Assembly (NCBI GenBank): GCA_965248925.1
Contig: CBDFLE010000006.1
Location: 4,352,001-4,416,000, forward strand
Direction: 5' to 3'
Source: Candidatus Multivoradales bacterium
Lineage (GTDB): Bacteria > Acidobacteriota > Thermoanaerobaculia > Multivoradales > J023
DNA: 64,000 nucleotides
Position 1 is the first letter of the stretch. Each line of letters begins with the position of its first letter. Of the stretch, positions 1-9,201 are shown piece by piece. Under the pieces are notes generated by a model. The model ran no database searches and had not been told where the DNA came from. It saw nothing but the letters and a program-made list of their open reading frames with translations. Made by a program: the position numbers and the translations under genes.

Positions 1-139
1 TTACTTTGCCCTGGGCGAGGTGCTCTTCGAGTCCCTCGGTGCGATCGTAGACCTGGCCTCGCCAGGTCAGCTCTGCGAAGACGCTCAAAGCGGTACCTCC
101 TACGACCCGTGTCACTGCCGGGCGAACGGGCGCCGCTGA
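1..139 (+). CDS. 3' end of a gene entering from the left edge (unknown product)
   Basis: Frame from nt 2 is open (YFALGEVLFESLG...CHCRANGRR) to TGA at 137-139; no start in window. Confidence 0.35.
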   Translation, partial: YFALGEVLFESLGAIVDLASPGQLCEDAQSGTSYDPCHCRANGRR

Positions 140-229
140 GTTTGAAGAAGGGTCCGGTGCGGTAAATCGAGAAAGTCAGGCGCAGAGTAGCCGTGCAACT
201 GCTGCCGGCCGGCTGCGTATTGAAGGTCG

Positions 230-1309
230 ATGCTAGCATTCCCTGCCATGATTTGCCGGTTGCGAAGAACTCTATGCCAAGTCGTCATCGGTGGGCTTTT
301 TCTGCAATTGGGGGCGCTAGCCCCGGCCGCTGAGGCGGCTGCGGAAGGCCGTCAATTTCTCCGTGGCATGACGGTCTCCTGTCCGGGAGCCGGCCGCATC
401 TGGGGCAGCCCGGCGATGGCCGAGGCTCTAGATCAACTAGCTGATCTCGGGGTGGGCTGGGTGGCCATTCACCCTTATGGCTGGATCGGTCGCGATGGCG
501 AGGTGCGCTACCGGCCGGCCGCCGAAACCGGCTATCTAGAACGCTCGGTCGAGCTGGCTCGGGCGCGCGGTATCGAATTGTTCTGGAAGCCCCACTTGGG
601 CTATTGGGGCAGTTTCGAATGGCGGGGGGCGATCGAATTCGGCGAGGATCAGGCCGCTTGGAAGCGGTTCTTTGCCGACTACCGAGAATTTATTGTTGAC
701 CAAGCGCGTTTTGCCGAAAGCGCAGGTGTGCGGTTGTTCGCGGTGGGTGTCGAACTCGAAGGAACGACCGCTCGAGAGGCTGAATGGCGCGCCATCTTGG
801 CTGCGGTGCGGCAGGTTTACTCCGGTGAGCTGACCTACTCGGCCAACTGGGACACCCTTGATGAGGTGCCATTCTGGGACGCTCTCGACACTCTCGGGGT
901 GCAATTTTACTTTCCCTTGGCTACGGTTGATCAACCGGCCAGCGAGAGCTTGGAGGCGGCCTGGGATGGCCCCCTTGAGACCTTGCGCAGGCTGTCGCGG
1001 CGCCATGGCGGCAAGCCTGTCGTGCTGGCTGAGATCGGCTACGATCTGTCGCCGGTGGCGGCGAGCCAGCCTTGGGCATCACGTCGCCAGGACAATCCGG
1101 CCAACCGCTCTCTGCGTCGCCAGCTGATGGAAGTGGCTTTGGCGCGCGCCGAAGCCGAACCACTGATCCAGGGCATGTTCTGGTGGAAGTGGATGCCGGG
1201 CTCCCGACGGGGAGACTTTTCGATGCGTGACGCCGAGGCATTGGACATTCTGCGTCATGCCTGGGGGCAACAGTCCGCGGATCGCGGCAGCTCTTCCTCA
1301 ACTCCCTAG
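230..1309 (+). CDS. Secreted glycoside hydrolase, GH113-like TIM barrel
   Basis: Signal-peptide-like N-terminus; motifs KPHL, GVELEG, TYSANWD, WDALD, AEIGY and FWWKW typical of GH113. Confidence 0.7.
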   Translation: MLAFPAMICRLRRTLCQVVIGGLFLQLGALAPAAEAAAEGRQFLRGMTVSCPGAGRIWGSPAMAEALDQLADLGVGWVAIHPYGWIGRDGEVRYRPAAETGYLERSVELARARGIELFWKPHLGYWGSFEWRGAIEFGEDQAAWKRFFADYREFIVDQARFAESAGVRLFAVGVELEGTTAREAEWRAILAAVRQVYSGELTYSANWDTLDEVPFWDALDTLGVQFYFPLATVDQPASESLEAAWDGPLETLRRLSRRHGGKPVVLAEIGYDLSPVAASQPWASRRQDNPANRSLRRQLMEVALARAEAEPLIQGMFWWKWMPGSRRGDFSMRDAEALDILRHAWGQQSADRGSSSSTP

Positions 1310-1747
1310 CCGATTCCTTGCTGCCGCCTCGAGCAGGGTCCGCAAGATGGGCAGCAAGGGGCGATCGGCCGCCGCCCAGTCGAGTTCGTCGAGCTGGTCG
1401 TGACTCACCCAACGCAGAGCCAGGTGTTCGTTAGCCTTGGGTTCGCCGTGGAGAATTTGGGCTCGGTAGACCGCCAACGAAATGCTCCTGCCGTCGCCGT
1501 CGGCGCTGCCATGGCCGAGTAGTTGGCCGACCTCGATCTCGACCCCGAGTTCTTCGATGATTTCGCGCCGCAGGGCTTGACGGGGGCTCTCGCCGGATTC
1601 GATCTTACCGCCGGGGAGCTCCCACCGGAGTGCATTCGACATCTGCTCACCCCGTTGCGCGGCGAGTAGCCTGGGGCCGTCGAAGATCGCAGCTCCGACC
1701 ACCGGCAATGAATCGGCTGCCGCGGGCTGGCCGCGCGGGGTGTTCAT
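1298..1747 (-). CDS. NUDIX hydrolase, MutT/NudG-like
   Basis: Nudix box GGKIESGESPRQALRREIIEELG; start taken at MNTPRG (1747), overlapping the upstream stop. Confidence 0.85.
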   Translation of the reverse strand: MNTPRGQPAAADSLPVVGAAIFDGPRLLAAQRGEQMSNALRWELPGGKIESGESPRQALRREIIEELGVEIEVGQLLGHGSADGDGRSISLAVYRAQILHGEPKANEHLALRWVSHDQLDELDWAAADRPLLPILRTLLEAAARNRLGS

Positions 1748-2064
1748 TCCGGGTCGGTATCGGTATCGGTATCGGAATCGGAATCGGTATCGGCTGGCGC
1801 TTCGGTGGTGAAGGCGCCGAGGACGGCGAGGGCTTCCCCGGCCCTGTCGCGGGGTACCATCAGACGGGCGCCAAGGCCAGTCTTGGCCCGGCTGATCAGC
1901 TGCGATGGCATGGGCAGTAGGGCCTGAGCTTCCTCTCCTTGGACCAAGAAAGGGATGCCGGCGGATCTCAGCACGGATCTGATCACCGGCAGCAAGCTGC
2001 TGTCGGCAGTGGTGAAAACTTCCTGTAGATCCGAGTCGCTGGCGTTGGTTGGCGGAGTTCGCAT
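1744..2064 (-). CDS. DUF2007-like small protein with acidic DT/DS tail
   Basis: EVFTTADSSLLPVIRSVLRSAGIPFLVQGE...ARLMVPRD pattern; tail encoded by a hexamer repeat at ~1755-1792. Confidence 0.65.
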   Translation of the reverse strand: MRTPPTNASDSDLQEVFTTADSSLLPVIRSVLRSAGIPFLVQGEEAQALLPMPSQLISRAKTGLGARLMVPRDRAGEALAVLGAFTTEAPADTDSDSDTDTDTDPE

Positions 2065-2216
2065 GGCTTGCCTCGCTGGTTTGGTGATCTTCCTTCCCGG
2101 TGGGCCGAGCTGCATTTTTGCATAGTGGTTCCGGAGACTGGAAATCGGTCCTATAATCGCCCCACTCAGAGGGCCGGCGCGGCGCCTGGCCCCTAGAAGC
2201 CCCGGAGTATCCACCG

Positions 2217-2705
2217 ATGACGATCAGTAGCGAGAGCTTTCGCGATGTTTTGCGCCACTTCCCCGCGGGTGTCACTTTGCTCACCGCCTGTGTTGGCGGC
2301 GAACGACATGGCATGACGGTGTCGGCATTCTCCTCGGTATCGGCAGATCCGCCGCTGGTGACGGTGATCGTCGATCGTGCTCACTCGATGCACAGCCTGC
2401 TAGAAGATCCCGCCGCCGCTTTCGCCATCAATTTTCTCGCCGCCGATCAGCAGAACTTATCCGACCGCTTCGCCTTCGAGAAGACGGAAGACCGTTTTCT
2501 TCTCGGTAGCTGGCAGGTCGGCAGCAACGGCGCTCCGGTGCTGAGCGACGCAGTGGCGGTGCTCGAGTGTCGCCGGCATGCCAGCCACTCGGCTGGCAGC
2601 CATGTGATCTATATCGGCGCAGTCGTCGATTGTCGGGTGGCTCGGCCGGACGCTCGGCCGTTGGTGTATTGGAATCGCGGCTACCGCCAGCTCGCCGACA
2701 GCTGA
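2217..2705 (+). CDS. Flavin reductase family protein
   Basis: FRDVLRHFPAGVT, GMTVSAFSSVSADPPLV, GSHVIYIG, PLVYWNRGY. Confidence 0.9.
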   Translation: MTISSESFRDVLRHFPAGVTLLTACVGGERHGMTVSAFSSVSADPPLVTVIVDRAHSMHSLLEDPAAAFAINFLAADQQNLSDRFAFEKTEDRFLLGSWQVGSNGAPVLSDAVAVLECRRHASHSAGSHVIYIGAVVDCRVARPDARPLVYWNRGYRQLADS

Positions 2706-2776
2706 GCATCTCTGCCGTGGCCGATTCACCTTCTGATCCGTTGCCCGAGGTGCGAGCGTTGAATCCCAGGTCAGCG

Positions 2777-3937
2777 ATGGGCGAGCATACTGCTGCCACC
2801 CGGCGCTGGCTCGACCAACGCTACGCCCGCTATGCCGATGGTTCTTACCAGGGGCATCAGCCGATATATGGCTTTGGCTCGCCGCACAGTGAACCGCCGC
2901 ATTTACCGCGCTTGGCGCGAACCCTGAATTTGTTGCGTTGGACGGTGCCATTGAAACCGCGAACCGTGCTCGATATTGGTGGTGGCGAGGGTTATCTGGC
3001 GGCCCTGTTGCGGCGGGTGACGGGTGCCGAACCGGTTTGTGCCGACCTGAGTCGAGAAGCGGCACGGCGGGCTCGCGAGCTCTTTGGGGTTTCTTCCCTG
3101 GCGGCTGAGGGGGGGCGTTTGCCATTTGCTGACCGAGCTTTCGATGTGGTGATTGTCAGCGAGGTGATCGAGCATCTCGAAGATCCGATCGCCTGTTTGG
3201 CCGAGGCCCGGCGCTTGGCGGCACGTTGGTTGTTGGTCACCACGCAAGAGGCAGAGCCTATCGCTGGATTGCGCCGGGCGCGCTTGCGGCTGCGGCAGCC
3301 GGGAGTTCCCCACACCGAACTCAACTGGTGGACGGCGGCCGACCTGCGGCAGTTGTTGGGTTCACCGGCGCGCCTGAGTTCGCAGTATTTCGCCATGCTG
3401 TCCCGCGACGAAAGCCGGATGTCAGAGCGAGAGGCCGTGGCGGCGCTGCACCGAGTGCTCGATGTGCCGCCGCGCACTACTTGGCGTGGAGTTGGAGTGA
3501 TGGGGCTTTGGTCGCGCAGCGGCGACTCTGCGCCGCCACCGCTGGCGCTAGAGGATGCGCAGGTCGATCGTTGGGCGCGGCTGCTGTGTTCGCCCGAGAT
3601 CGGCGGCTATTTGGCCCGTCCGCTGGACTACGATCCGGCGTCCACGGCTAGCGGGATCAAACTCGACGACGGCGTTCCCACCTACTTTCCCGAGTCCCCG
3701 CCGCCGTCGGTCGAGCTGCCTGGTTGTGCCGACCTGCGGCGCCGTTTTGATCCGGCCAATGTTGCCACGGGTGACCGCGAACGCTGGTGGCTGCAACTTC
3801 GCCTCGATATTTTCCGGGCTTTCGTGGTGCTCATGATGGCGGAGCCGATCGCGGTCAAGGTTGCCTGGTTGCGGCGCAAGCTGGCCCTGCGGCGAGGGGT
3901 TCGGCCGGCGGCCGCTGAAGAACAAGATCTGGACTAG
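2777..3937 (+). CDS. Class I SAM-dependent methyltransferase
   Basis: VLDIGGGEG motif I; LPFADRAFDVVIVSEVIEHL; start uncertain. Confidence 0.75.
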   Translation: MGEHTAATRRWLDQRYARYADGSYQGHQPIYGFGSPHSEPPHLPRLARTLNLLRWTVPLKPRTVLDIGGGEGYLAALLRRVTGAEPVCADLSREAARRARELFGVSSLAAEGGRLPFADRAFDVVIVSEVIEHLEDPIACLAEARRLAARWLLVTTQEAEPIAGLRRARLRLRQPGVPHTELNWWTAADLRQLLGSPARLSSQYFAMLSRDESRMSEREAVAALHRVLDVPPRTTWRGVGVMGLWSRSGDSAPPPLALEDAQVDRWARLLCSPEIGGYLARPLDYDPASTASGIKLDDGVPTYFPESPPPSVELPGCADLRRRFDPANVATGDRERWWLQLRLDIFRAFVVLMMAEPIAVKVAWLRRKLALRRGVRPAAAEEQDLD

Positions 3938-3991
3938 CCAATTCTCACCAGTTGATTGGCACCCTGAGGGTGACCAGTGATAATAGGCCCC

Positions 3992-5752
3992 ATGAGTACC
4001 AACCGCGAATTGTCGAAGCTCTTCGGCCAAATGGCTGCCGCCTTGGAGTTGCTGGGTGCCAATCGATTCCGGGTCAATGCCCATCAGCGAGTAGCGCGCT
4101 TGCTCAAGGATCTGACCGAGGATGTGGCAGCGCTGGTTGAGGAGGATCCCGCGACCGCCGTCAAGCGGCTGGCCGAGCTGCCCGGTATCGGCAAGGGTTC
4201 GGCGGAGAAATTGGTCGAGTATGTCCAGACCGGTGCGATGGAGGAGCATGGCAAGCTGCTGCAGGAAGTGCCGAAAGGGCTCTTCGAGGTCCTCGATATT
4301 CCAGGCATCGGGCCGAAAGCGGCCAAGTTGATGTGGGATCAACTGGGCATTACTTCGGTGGCCGATCTCAAAGCCAAGATCGACTCGCCAGAGTTTGTGG
4401 CTTTGCCCCGGATGGGTCAGAAGTCGATCGACAACATCAAGAAAGCTATCGCCTTCAGCGAGAAGGCCGGCTCCCGGGTTCCTATCGGTATCGCTCGGCC
4501 GTTGGCGATCGAGTTGCGCCAGGCGCTGGCGGCGGTGCCTGGAGTGCAGCGGGTGGAGTACGCTGGAAGCTTGCGACGAGGCCGCGAGACCATCGGCGAT
4601 CTGGATTTTTTGGTTGCTGCCGAGGATCCCGAAGCGGTGCGCGAACACTTCGTCTCGCTGCCTGCGGTGACCCAAGTGTTGGCTCGCGGCGAGACCAAGT
4701 GCTCGGTGCGCTTGGAGGTCCAAGGGGTCGTCGTTCAAGCGGATCTGCGGTTAGTGCCGGAAGCGACCTACGGCGCTGCTCTGATGTACTTCACCGGATC
4801 CAAGGAGCATAACGTTCGCCTGCGGGAGCGAGCCCTCCAACGCGGCCAACGGCTCAACGAGTACGGACTCTTTGCCGGTACCGACGAGCGCCCTCAGGAC
4901 ACTGGCCAACTGCCGCTGGCGGTGACCGAGGAGGCTATCTACCAGACCCTCGAACTGCCGTTCATCGCTCCTGAACTACGCCAGGATCGTGGCGAGTTCG
5001 AAGGCCAGGCGCCCGTAAGGCTGATCGAGCTGGCCGACATCCGTGCTGAGTTGCATGCCCACACCATCGCCAGCGACGGTAGCCTGACCATCGACCAACT
5101 GGCTGCCGAAGCTCGGCGCCGAGGTTTCCACACTCTGGCGATTACCGACCATTCGCAAAGCTCGGTGATCGCCAATGGCTTGAAGCCTGATCGCTTGCGC
5201 CGTCACATCGAAGCGGTGCGCGAGGCCGACCAGCGAATCGACGGAATTCGCTTGCTAGCGGGTTCGGAAGTCGACATCCTGATCGATGGCTCACTGGACT
5301 ACGACGACGATTTGCTCGCCGAGCTCGACGCGGTGGTGGCTTCGCCCCATGCCTCGCTGCGGCAGGAACCGGCGGTCGCTACCGCCCGGCTACTGCGCGC
5401 CATTCGCCACCCTCTGGTGCATATCGTCGGTCACCCGACGGGGCGGATCATCAATCGGCGTGAAGGCCTGGCGCCCGACATGGGGGCCTTGTTCGCCGCC
5501 GCCGTCGAGCACGACACGGCGCTTGAGCTGAATGCCAACTGGCAGCGGTTGGATCTTCGCGACACCCACCTGAGGAGTGCTCTCGTAGCGGGTTGCAAGA
5601 TTGCTATCGACACCGATGCTCACGACACGCCGCACTTCGATTTTCTGATCTACGGCGTGCTCACCGCCCGTCGGGCTGGGCTCATCGCGGAGCGCTGCAT
5701 CAACACCTGGTCGGCTGATCGGCTGCACAGCTGGCTGCGTTCCAAGCGTTGA
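3992..5752 (+). CDS. polX: DNA polymerase X / PHP exonuclease
   Basis: HhH motifs (LPGIGK, IPGIGPK), GSLRRGRETIGDLD, YFTGSKEHN; PHP motifs LHAHT, TDHS, DTDAH. Confidence 0.93.
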   Translation: MSTNRELSKLFGQMAAALELLGANRFRVNAHQRVARLLKDLTEDVAALVEEDPATAVKRLAELPGIGKGSAEKLVEYVQTGAMEEHGKLLQEVPKGLFEVLDIPGIGPKAAKLMWDQLGITSVADLKAKIDSPEFVALPRMGQKSIDNIKKAIAFSEKAGSRVPIGIARPLAIELRQALAAVPGVQRVEYAGSLRRGRETIGDLDFLVAAEDPEAVREHFVSLPAVTQVLARGETKCSVRLEVQGVVVQADLRLVPEATYGAALMYFTGSKEHNVRLRERALQRGQRLNEYGLFAGTDERPQDTGQLPLAVTEEAIYQTLELPFIAPELRQDRGEFEGQAPVRLIELADIRAELHAHTIASDGSLTIDQLAAEARRRGFHTLAITDHSQSSVIANGLKPDRLRRHIEAVREADQRIDGIRLLAGSEVDILIDGSLDYDDDLLAELDAVVASPHASLRQEPAVATARLLRAIRHPLVHIVGHPTGRIINRREGLAPDMGALFAAAVEHDTALELNANWQRLDLRDTHLRSALVAGCKIAIDTDAHDTPHFDFLIYGVLTARRAGLIAERCINTWSADRLHSWLRSKR

Positions 5753-6843
5753 GTTCTAGGTCCACCTTGCCGGCTTTCGACGAGAACATTCCTCTCGCCC
5801 CGCTGACCACTCTTGGGGTCGGTGGCCCGGCGCGTTGGCTGGCTCGCTGCCGCAGCGTCACGGAGTTGCGGCACGCACTTGACTGGGCGCGGCGGCAGGC
5901 GGTGCCCAGCTTGGTGCTTGGTGGCGGTAGCAACCTGCTGGTCGCCGATCGCGGCTTCGATGGCTTGGTGGTGATCTGCGAAAGCTGCGACCTCGAGCTG
6001 AAGAGAGCCGGCGACGGGGTCCTGGCACGCATTGCCGCGGGTCATGATTGGGACCAGCTAGTGGCTATGACGGTGGCTGAGGGGCTCGGTGGTATCGAGT
6101 GCCTCAGCGGCATCCCAGGCCGAGTTGGCGCGGCGCCGATACAGAATATTGGCGCCTATGGACAGCAGTTGGAGGATTGCTTGACAGCGGTAGAGGTGAT
6201 CGATCGACAGAGTCTCGAATGCCGCCGCTTGAGCGCCGCTGAGTGTGGATTGAGCTACCGCCACAGCCACTTCAAGACGGTTTGGCGTGACCGCTTGGTG
6301 ATCACCGCTATCGAGCTGCGGCTACAGCCGGATGTCTTCGGTGCGGTGCGCTACGGAGATCTGCGGGGCCGCTTGCCCGATCCCTCTAACGCCAGCCTGG
6401 CCGAGGTGCGACGAGCGGTGCTGAAGGTCAGAGCGGAGAAGTCTATGTTGCTCGATGCCACGGACCCCAACCACCTGAGCGCTGGCTCTTTCTTTGTCAA
6501 CCCGGTGGTCGCCGCCAGCGTTGCAGAACGCTTGCGGCAGCAGACCGGTGCTGGTGCGGAGATGCCGGCCTATCCAGCGCTGGGCGGGGTCAAGCTGTCG
6601 GCCGCCTGGTTGATCGAGCGGGCCGGCTTTCGCCGGGGTGAGGTACGCGGCCGGGTAGGGTTGTCGAGTCGGCATGTCTTGGCATTGATCAACCGTGGTG
6701 GCGCCAGTGCCAGCGAGCTGATAGCTCTGGCTGGAGAAATCCGACGACGGGTTCGCCAACGTTTCGCCATCACCCTGTCTCCGGAGCCGGTGCTGGTCGG
6801 TTTCGAGGTTCCGCTCGACGAGTTGCTCGGGGGTTCAGGCTGA
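5749..6843 (+). CDS. murB: UDP-N-acetylenolpyruvoylglucosamine reductase
   Basis: LGGGSNLL, GIPGRVGAAPIQNIGAYG, SAGSFFVNP, KLSAAWLIE. Confidence 0.93.
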   Translation: MSSRSTLPAFDENIPLAPLTTLGVGGPARWLARCRSVTELRHALDWARRQAVPSLVLGGGSNLLVADRGFDGLVVICESCDLELKRAGDGVLARIAAGHDWDQLVAMTVAEGLGGIECLSGIPGRVGAAPIQNIGAYGQQLEDCLTAVEVIDRQSLECRRLSAAECGLSYRHSHFKTVWRDRLVITAIELRLQPDVFGAVRYGDLRGRLPDPSNASLAEVRRAVLKVRAEKSMLLDATDPNHLSAGSFFVNPVVAASVAERLRQQTGAGAEMPAYPALGGVKLSAAWLIERAGFRRGEVRGRVGLSSRHVLALINRGGASASELIALAGEIRRRVRQRFAITLSPEPVLVGFEVPLDELLGGSG

Positions 6844-6858
6844 TAACATCTCGCCCTC

Positions 6859-7539
6859 ATGAAACGGCAAGAAAAAGCAGTGCAGATTCAGCGGATCCTC
6901 GATCAGCTCTTTCCGCGGGTTCCCATCCCGCTTGATCACAGCGATCCCTTCACCCTTTTGGTGGCGGTGGTGCTGTCGGCGCAGACCACCGATAAGAAGG
7001 TCAACGAAGTGACCCCCGAGCTGTTTCGCAGGGCACCGACACCGGCGCGCCTCGGCGCTCTCGAAGTGGAGGAAGTTCGGCAGCTGATCCGCCAGATCGG
7101 GCTGGCGCCGCAGAAGGCGAAGAATCTGGTCGGGCTAGGCCAGTTGCTGGCCGCGGCCGGTGGCGAGGTACCACAGACTTTTGCCGAGCTCGAAGCCCTA
7201 CCGGGGGTCGGCCACAAGACTGCTTCGGTGGTGATGTCACAGGCTTTTGGCCATCCGGCGTTTCCAGTCGACACTCACATCCATCGCCTGGCGGCTCGTT
7301 GGGGACTGTCGAATGGTTCCAAGGTCGAACGCACCGAACGCGATCTGAAGCGGGTCTTCTCGCGAGACACTTGGAACAAGCTGCATTTGCAGATCATTTA
7401 CTTCGGCCGCGAGTACTGCCCGGCGCGCTACCACGATCTGGCCGCCTGCCCAATCTGCGGCTGGGCTGCAACCAAGAAACGCCAGCGGGAGGAAGCCGCG
7501 GCCGATGCGAAAATCCACCGGCGGCCGAGGCGTCGATAG
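6859..7539 (+). CDS. nth: Endonuclease III
   Basis: LLVAVVLSAQTTD, LPGVGHKTA, VDTH, Cys cluster CPARYHDLAACPIC. Confidence 0.92.
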   Translation: MKRQEKAVQIQRILDQLFPRVPIPLDHSDPFTLLVAVVLSAQTTDKKVNEVTPELFRRAPTPARLGALEVEEVRQLIRQIGLAPQKAKNLVGLGQLLAAAGGEVPQTFAELEALPGVGHKTASVVMSQAFGHPAFPVDTHIHRLAARWGLSNGSKVERTERDLKRVFSRDTWNKLHLQIIYFGREYCPARYHDLAACPICGWAATKKRQREEAAADAKIHRRPRRR

Positions 7540-7644
7540 GGCGCTCAGGTTCGTCGCGATCGTAGAACCCAAGCCGATAAACTGGCATATGTCTTCGAGA
7601 GTAAAGACCCGTCTTGTTTCAAAGTTCTTTGTAGGGAGGGCTCG

Positions 7645-8799
7645 ATGCGCTTAGCAGTAGTCTGCTACCCCACCTATGGCGGCAGCGGGGTCGTCGCCAC
7701 CGAGCTAGCCAGTCAGCTTGCTCGGCGCGGTCACCAGGTCTATCTGGTGTCCTATGACAAGCCATTTCGCTTCGATGACGGCATCGAGAACCTGCATTTT
7801 CACCAAGTCGAAGTCAGCGAGTATCCCCTTTTCCGCTACCAGCCTTACACCCTGAATCTGACCAACAAGATCATTGAATTGGTGGAAGAGCACGGGGTCG
7901 AGCTGGTCCATAGTCACTATGCGATTCCCCATGCCCAAGCAGCGTGGATGGCGCGGGAGGTGTTGCGCGAGGAGCGAGGCCTAGACGTCAAGCTGGCCTG
8001 TACCCTGCACGGCACCGACATCACGCTGGTGGGCGGGGAGCGTAGCTTTTTTGAACTCACCCGATTTTCGATCATCCGGCAGGATCTGCTGACCGCGCCG
8101 AGCCGCTGGTTGGCGGAGGAGACAGAGCGGCTGTTCAATATCCCGGCCCACCGCATAGAGGTAGTACCCAACTTTGTTGATATCGAGCGTTTTCGCCCCT
8201 CACCTGCAGAGCGAGAACGGCGGCAGCTGGGGGCCGAGGGGCGCTTCCTACTCACTCATGTGTCCAACTTCCGACCGGTCAAACGGGTCGAAGATGTGGT
8301 GCGGGGGTTCGCGGTCTTGCGCGAAAGGCTCGATGCCGTCCTGGCCTTGGTCGGCGAAGGACCTGAACTCGACAAAGCGGTGCGTCTGGCCGATGCTCTA
8401 GGAGTAGGTGACGACCTGCGAGTGCTCGGCAAGCGCGAGCGGCTAGAGACCGTGCTCCAGGCCAGCGACCTCTTCCTGCTGCCGAGCGTGGCTGAGAGCT
8501 TTGGCCTGGTGGCGTTGGAGGCCCAAGCCTGTGGTTGTCCGGTGATCGGCTACCACGCGGGCGGCTTGCCGGAGGTGGTGGAACACGGGGTCACCGGTTT
8601 GCTATGCCCAATCGGAGAGAATGTCTGCCTGGGTACCTTGGCGGCCGATTTGCTAAACGATCCGCAGCGCCACCAAGGGATGCGCCAAGCGGCTCGGCAG
8701 CGAGCCCTAGGATTCGCGGCGGAGTCCATTATCGACCGCTACCAACGAGTCTTGGGCCGTCTGGCGGAGTCGCCGACCGCAAAGAGTCTTGCCAATTAG
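7645..8799 (+). CDS. bshA: N-acetyl-alpha-D-glucosaminyl L-malate synthase (GT4)
   Basis: CYPTYGGSGVVATEL, HSHYAIPHA, TLHGTDITLVG, SNFRPVKR, ESFGLVALEA. Confidence 0.88.
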   Translation: MRLAVVCYPTYGGSGVVATELASQLARRGHQVYLVSYDKPFRFDDGIENLHFHQVEVSEYPLFRYQPYTLNLTNKIIELVEEHGVELVHSHYAIPHAQAAWMAREVLREERGLDVKLACTLHGTDITLVGGERSFFELTRFSIIRQDLLTAPSRWLAEETERLFNIPAHRIEVVPNFVDIERFRPSPAERERRQLGAEGRFLLTHVSNFRPVKRVEDVVRGFAVLRERLDAVLALVGEGPELDKAVRLADALGVGDDLRVLGKRERLETVLQASDLFLLPSVAESFGLVALEAQACGCPVIGYHAGGLPEVVEHGVTGLLCPIGENVCLGTLAADLLNDPQRHQGMRQAARQRALGFAAESIIDRYQRVLGRLAESPTAKSLAN

Positions 8800-8814
8800 C
8801 CAGGGTTTCCCTTC

Positions 8815-8843
8815 TTGAGCGACTTCCTCGGGGTCGCTACAAT
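8815..8843 (+). promoter_or_regulatory. Sigma70-type promoter
   Basis: TTGAGC (8815-8820), 17-nt spacer, TACAAT (8838-8843). Confidence 0.55.
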
Positions 8844-8849
8844 CGATTC

Positions 8850-9160
8850 AACAGAATGGAGATACGGTGGTGGCAGGGGCTGCTCGGAGATCCTTCGTTG
8901 GAAGGCGAGGCTCCCGACCGGGCTCTCACGGTGCTACGGCAGCCGACCGCCACCTAAAGATCCGATCGGCTCGGCCGATCAAAGGGCGAGAGAGAGGGAA
9001 CGCAAAAAAGCCTACGACCAATTCCTCCGCGATCGAGTTGGAATTGGATGCGGTGGGCTTCGCGGGAGCTGTACTGAGGGGTTAGCTTCCGCATCCTTCG
9101 GACGTATCCGTCCGGATGTCGGCGGGCGCTCCCGCGACGGAGCGCCCGTCACCACCTTCT
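8850..9160 (+). ncRNA. Candidate structured non-coding RNA (family unassigned)
   Basis: Follows a consensus-like promoter; two multibranch domains each closed by GGTGG...CCACC (8866-8954, 9052-9156) with two hairpins between; no convincing protein. Confidence 0.5.
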
Positions 9161-9201
9161 TGCAGTTTTGATCGGTGGGTAGCCGTGACCCACAGCGAGA
9201 G

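Noticed and set aside
1755-1792. (ATCGGT/ATCGGA)n hexamer repeat as a regulatory repeat
   Set aside because: It encodes the low-complexity DT/DS tail of the DUF2007-like protein, and length changes keep the frame.
8815-9171. 118-aa ORF, or tRNA/tmRNA, in the bshA-kinase gap
   Set aside because: The ORF start coincides with the -35 box and has no motifs; no T-loop GTTCGA or tRNA-like acceptor ends were found.
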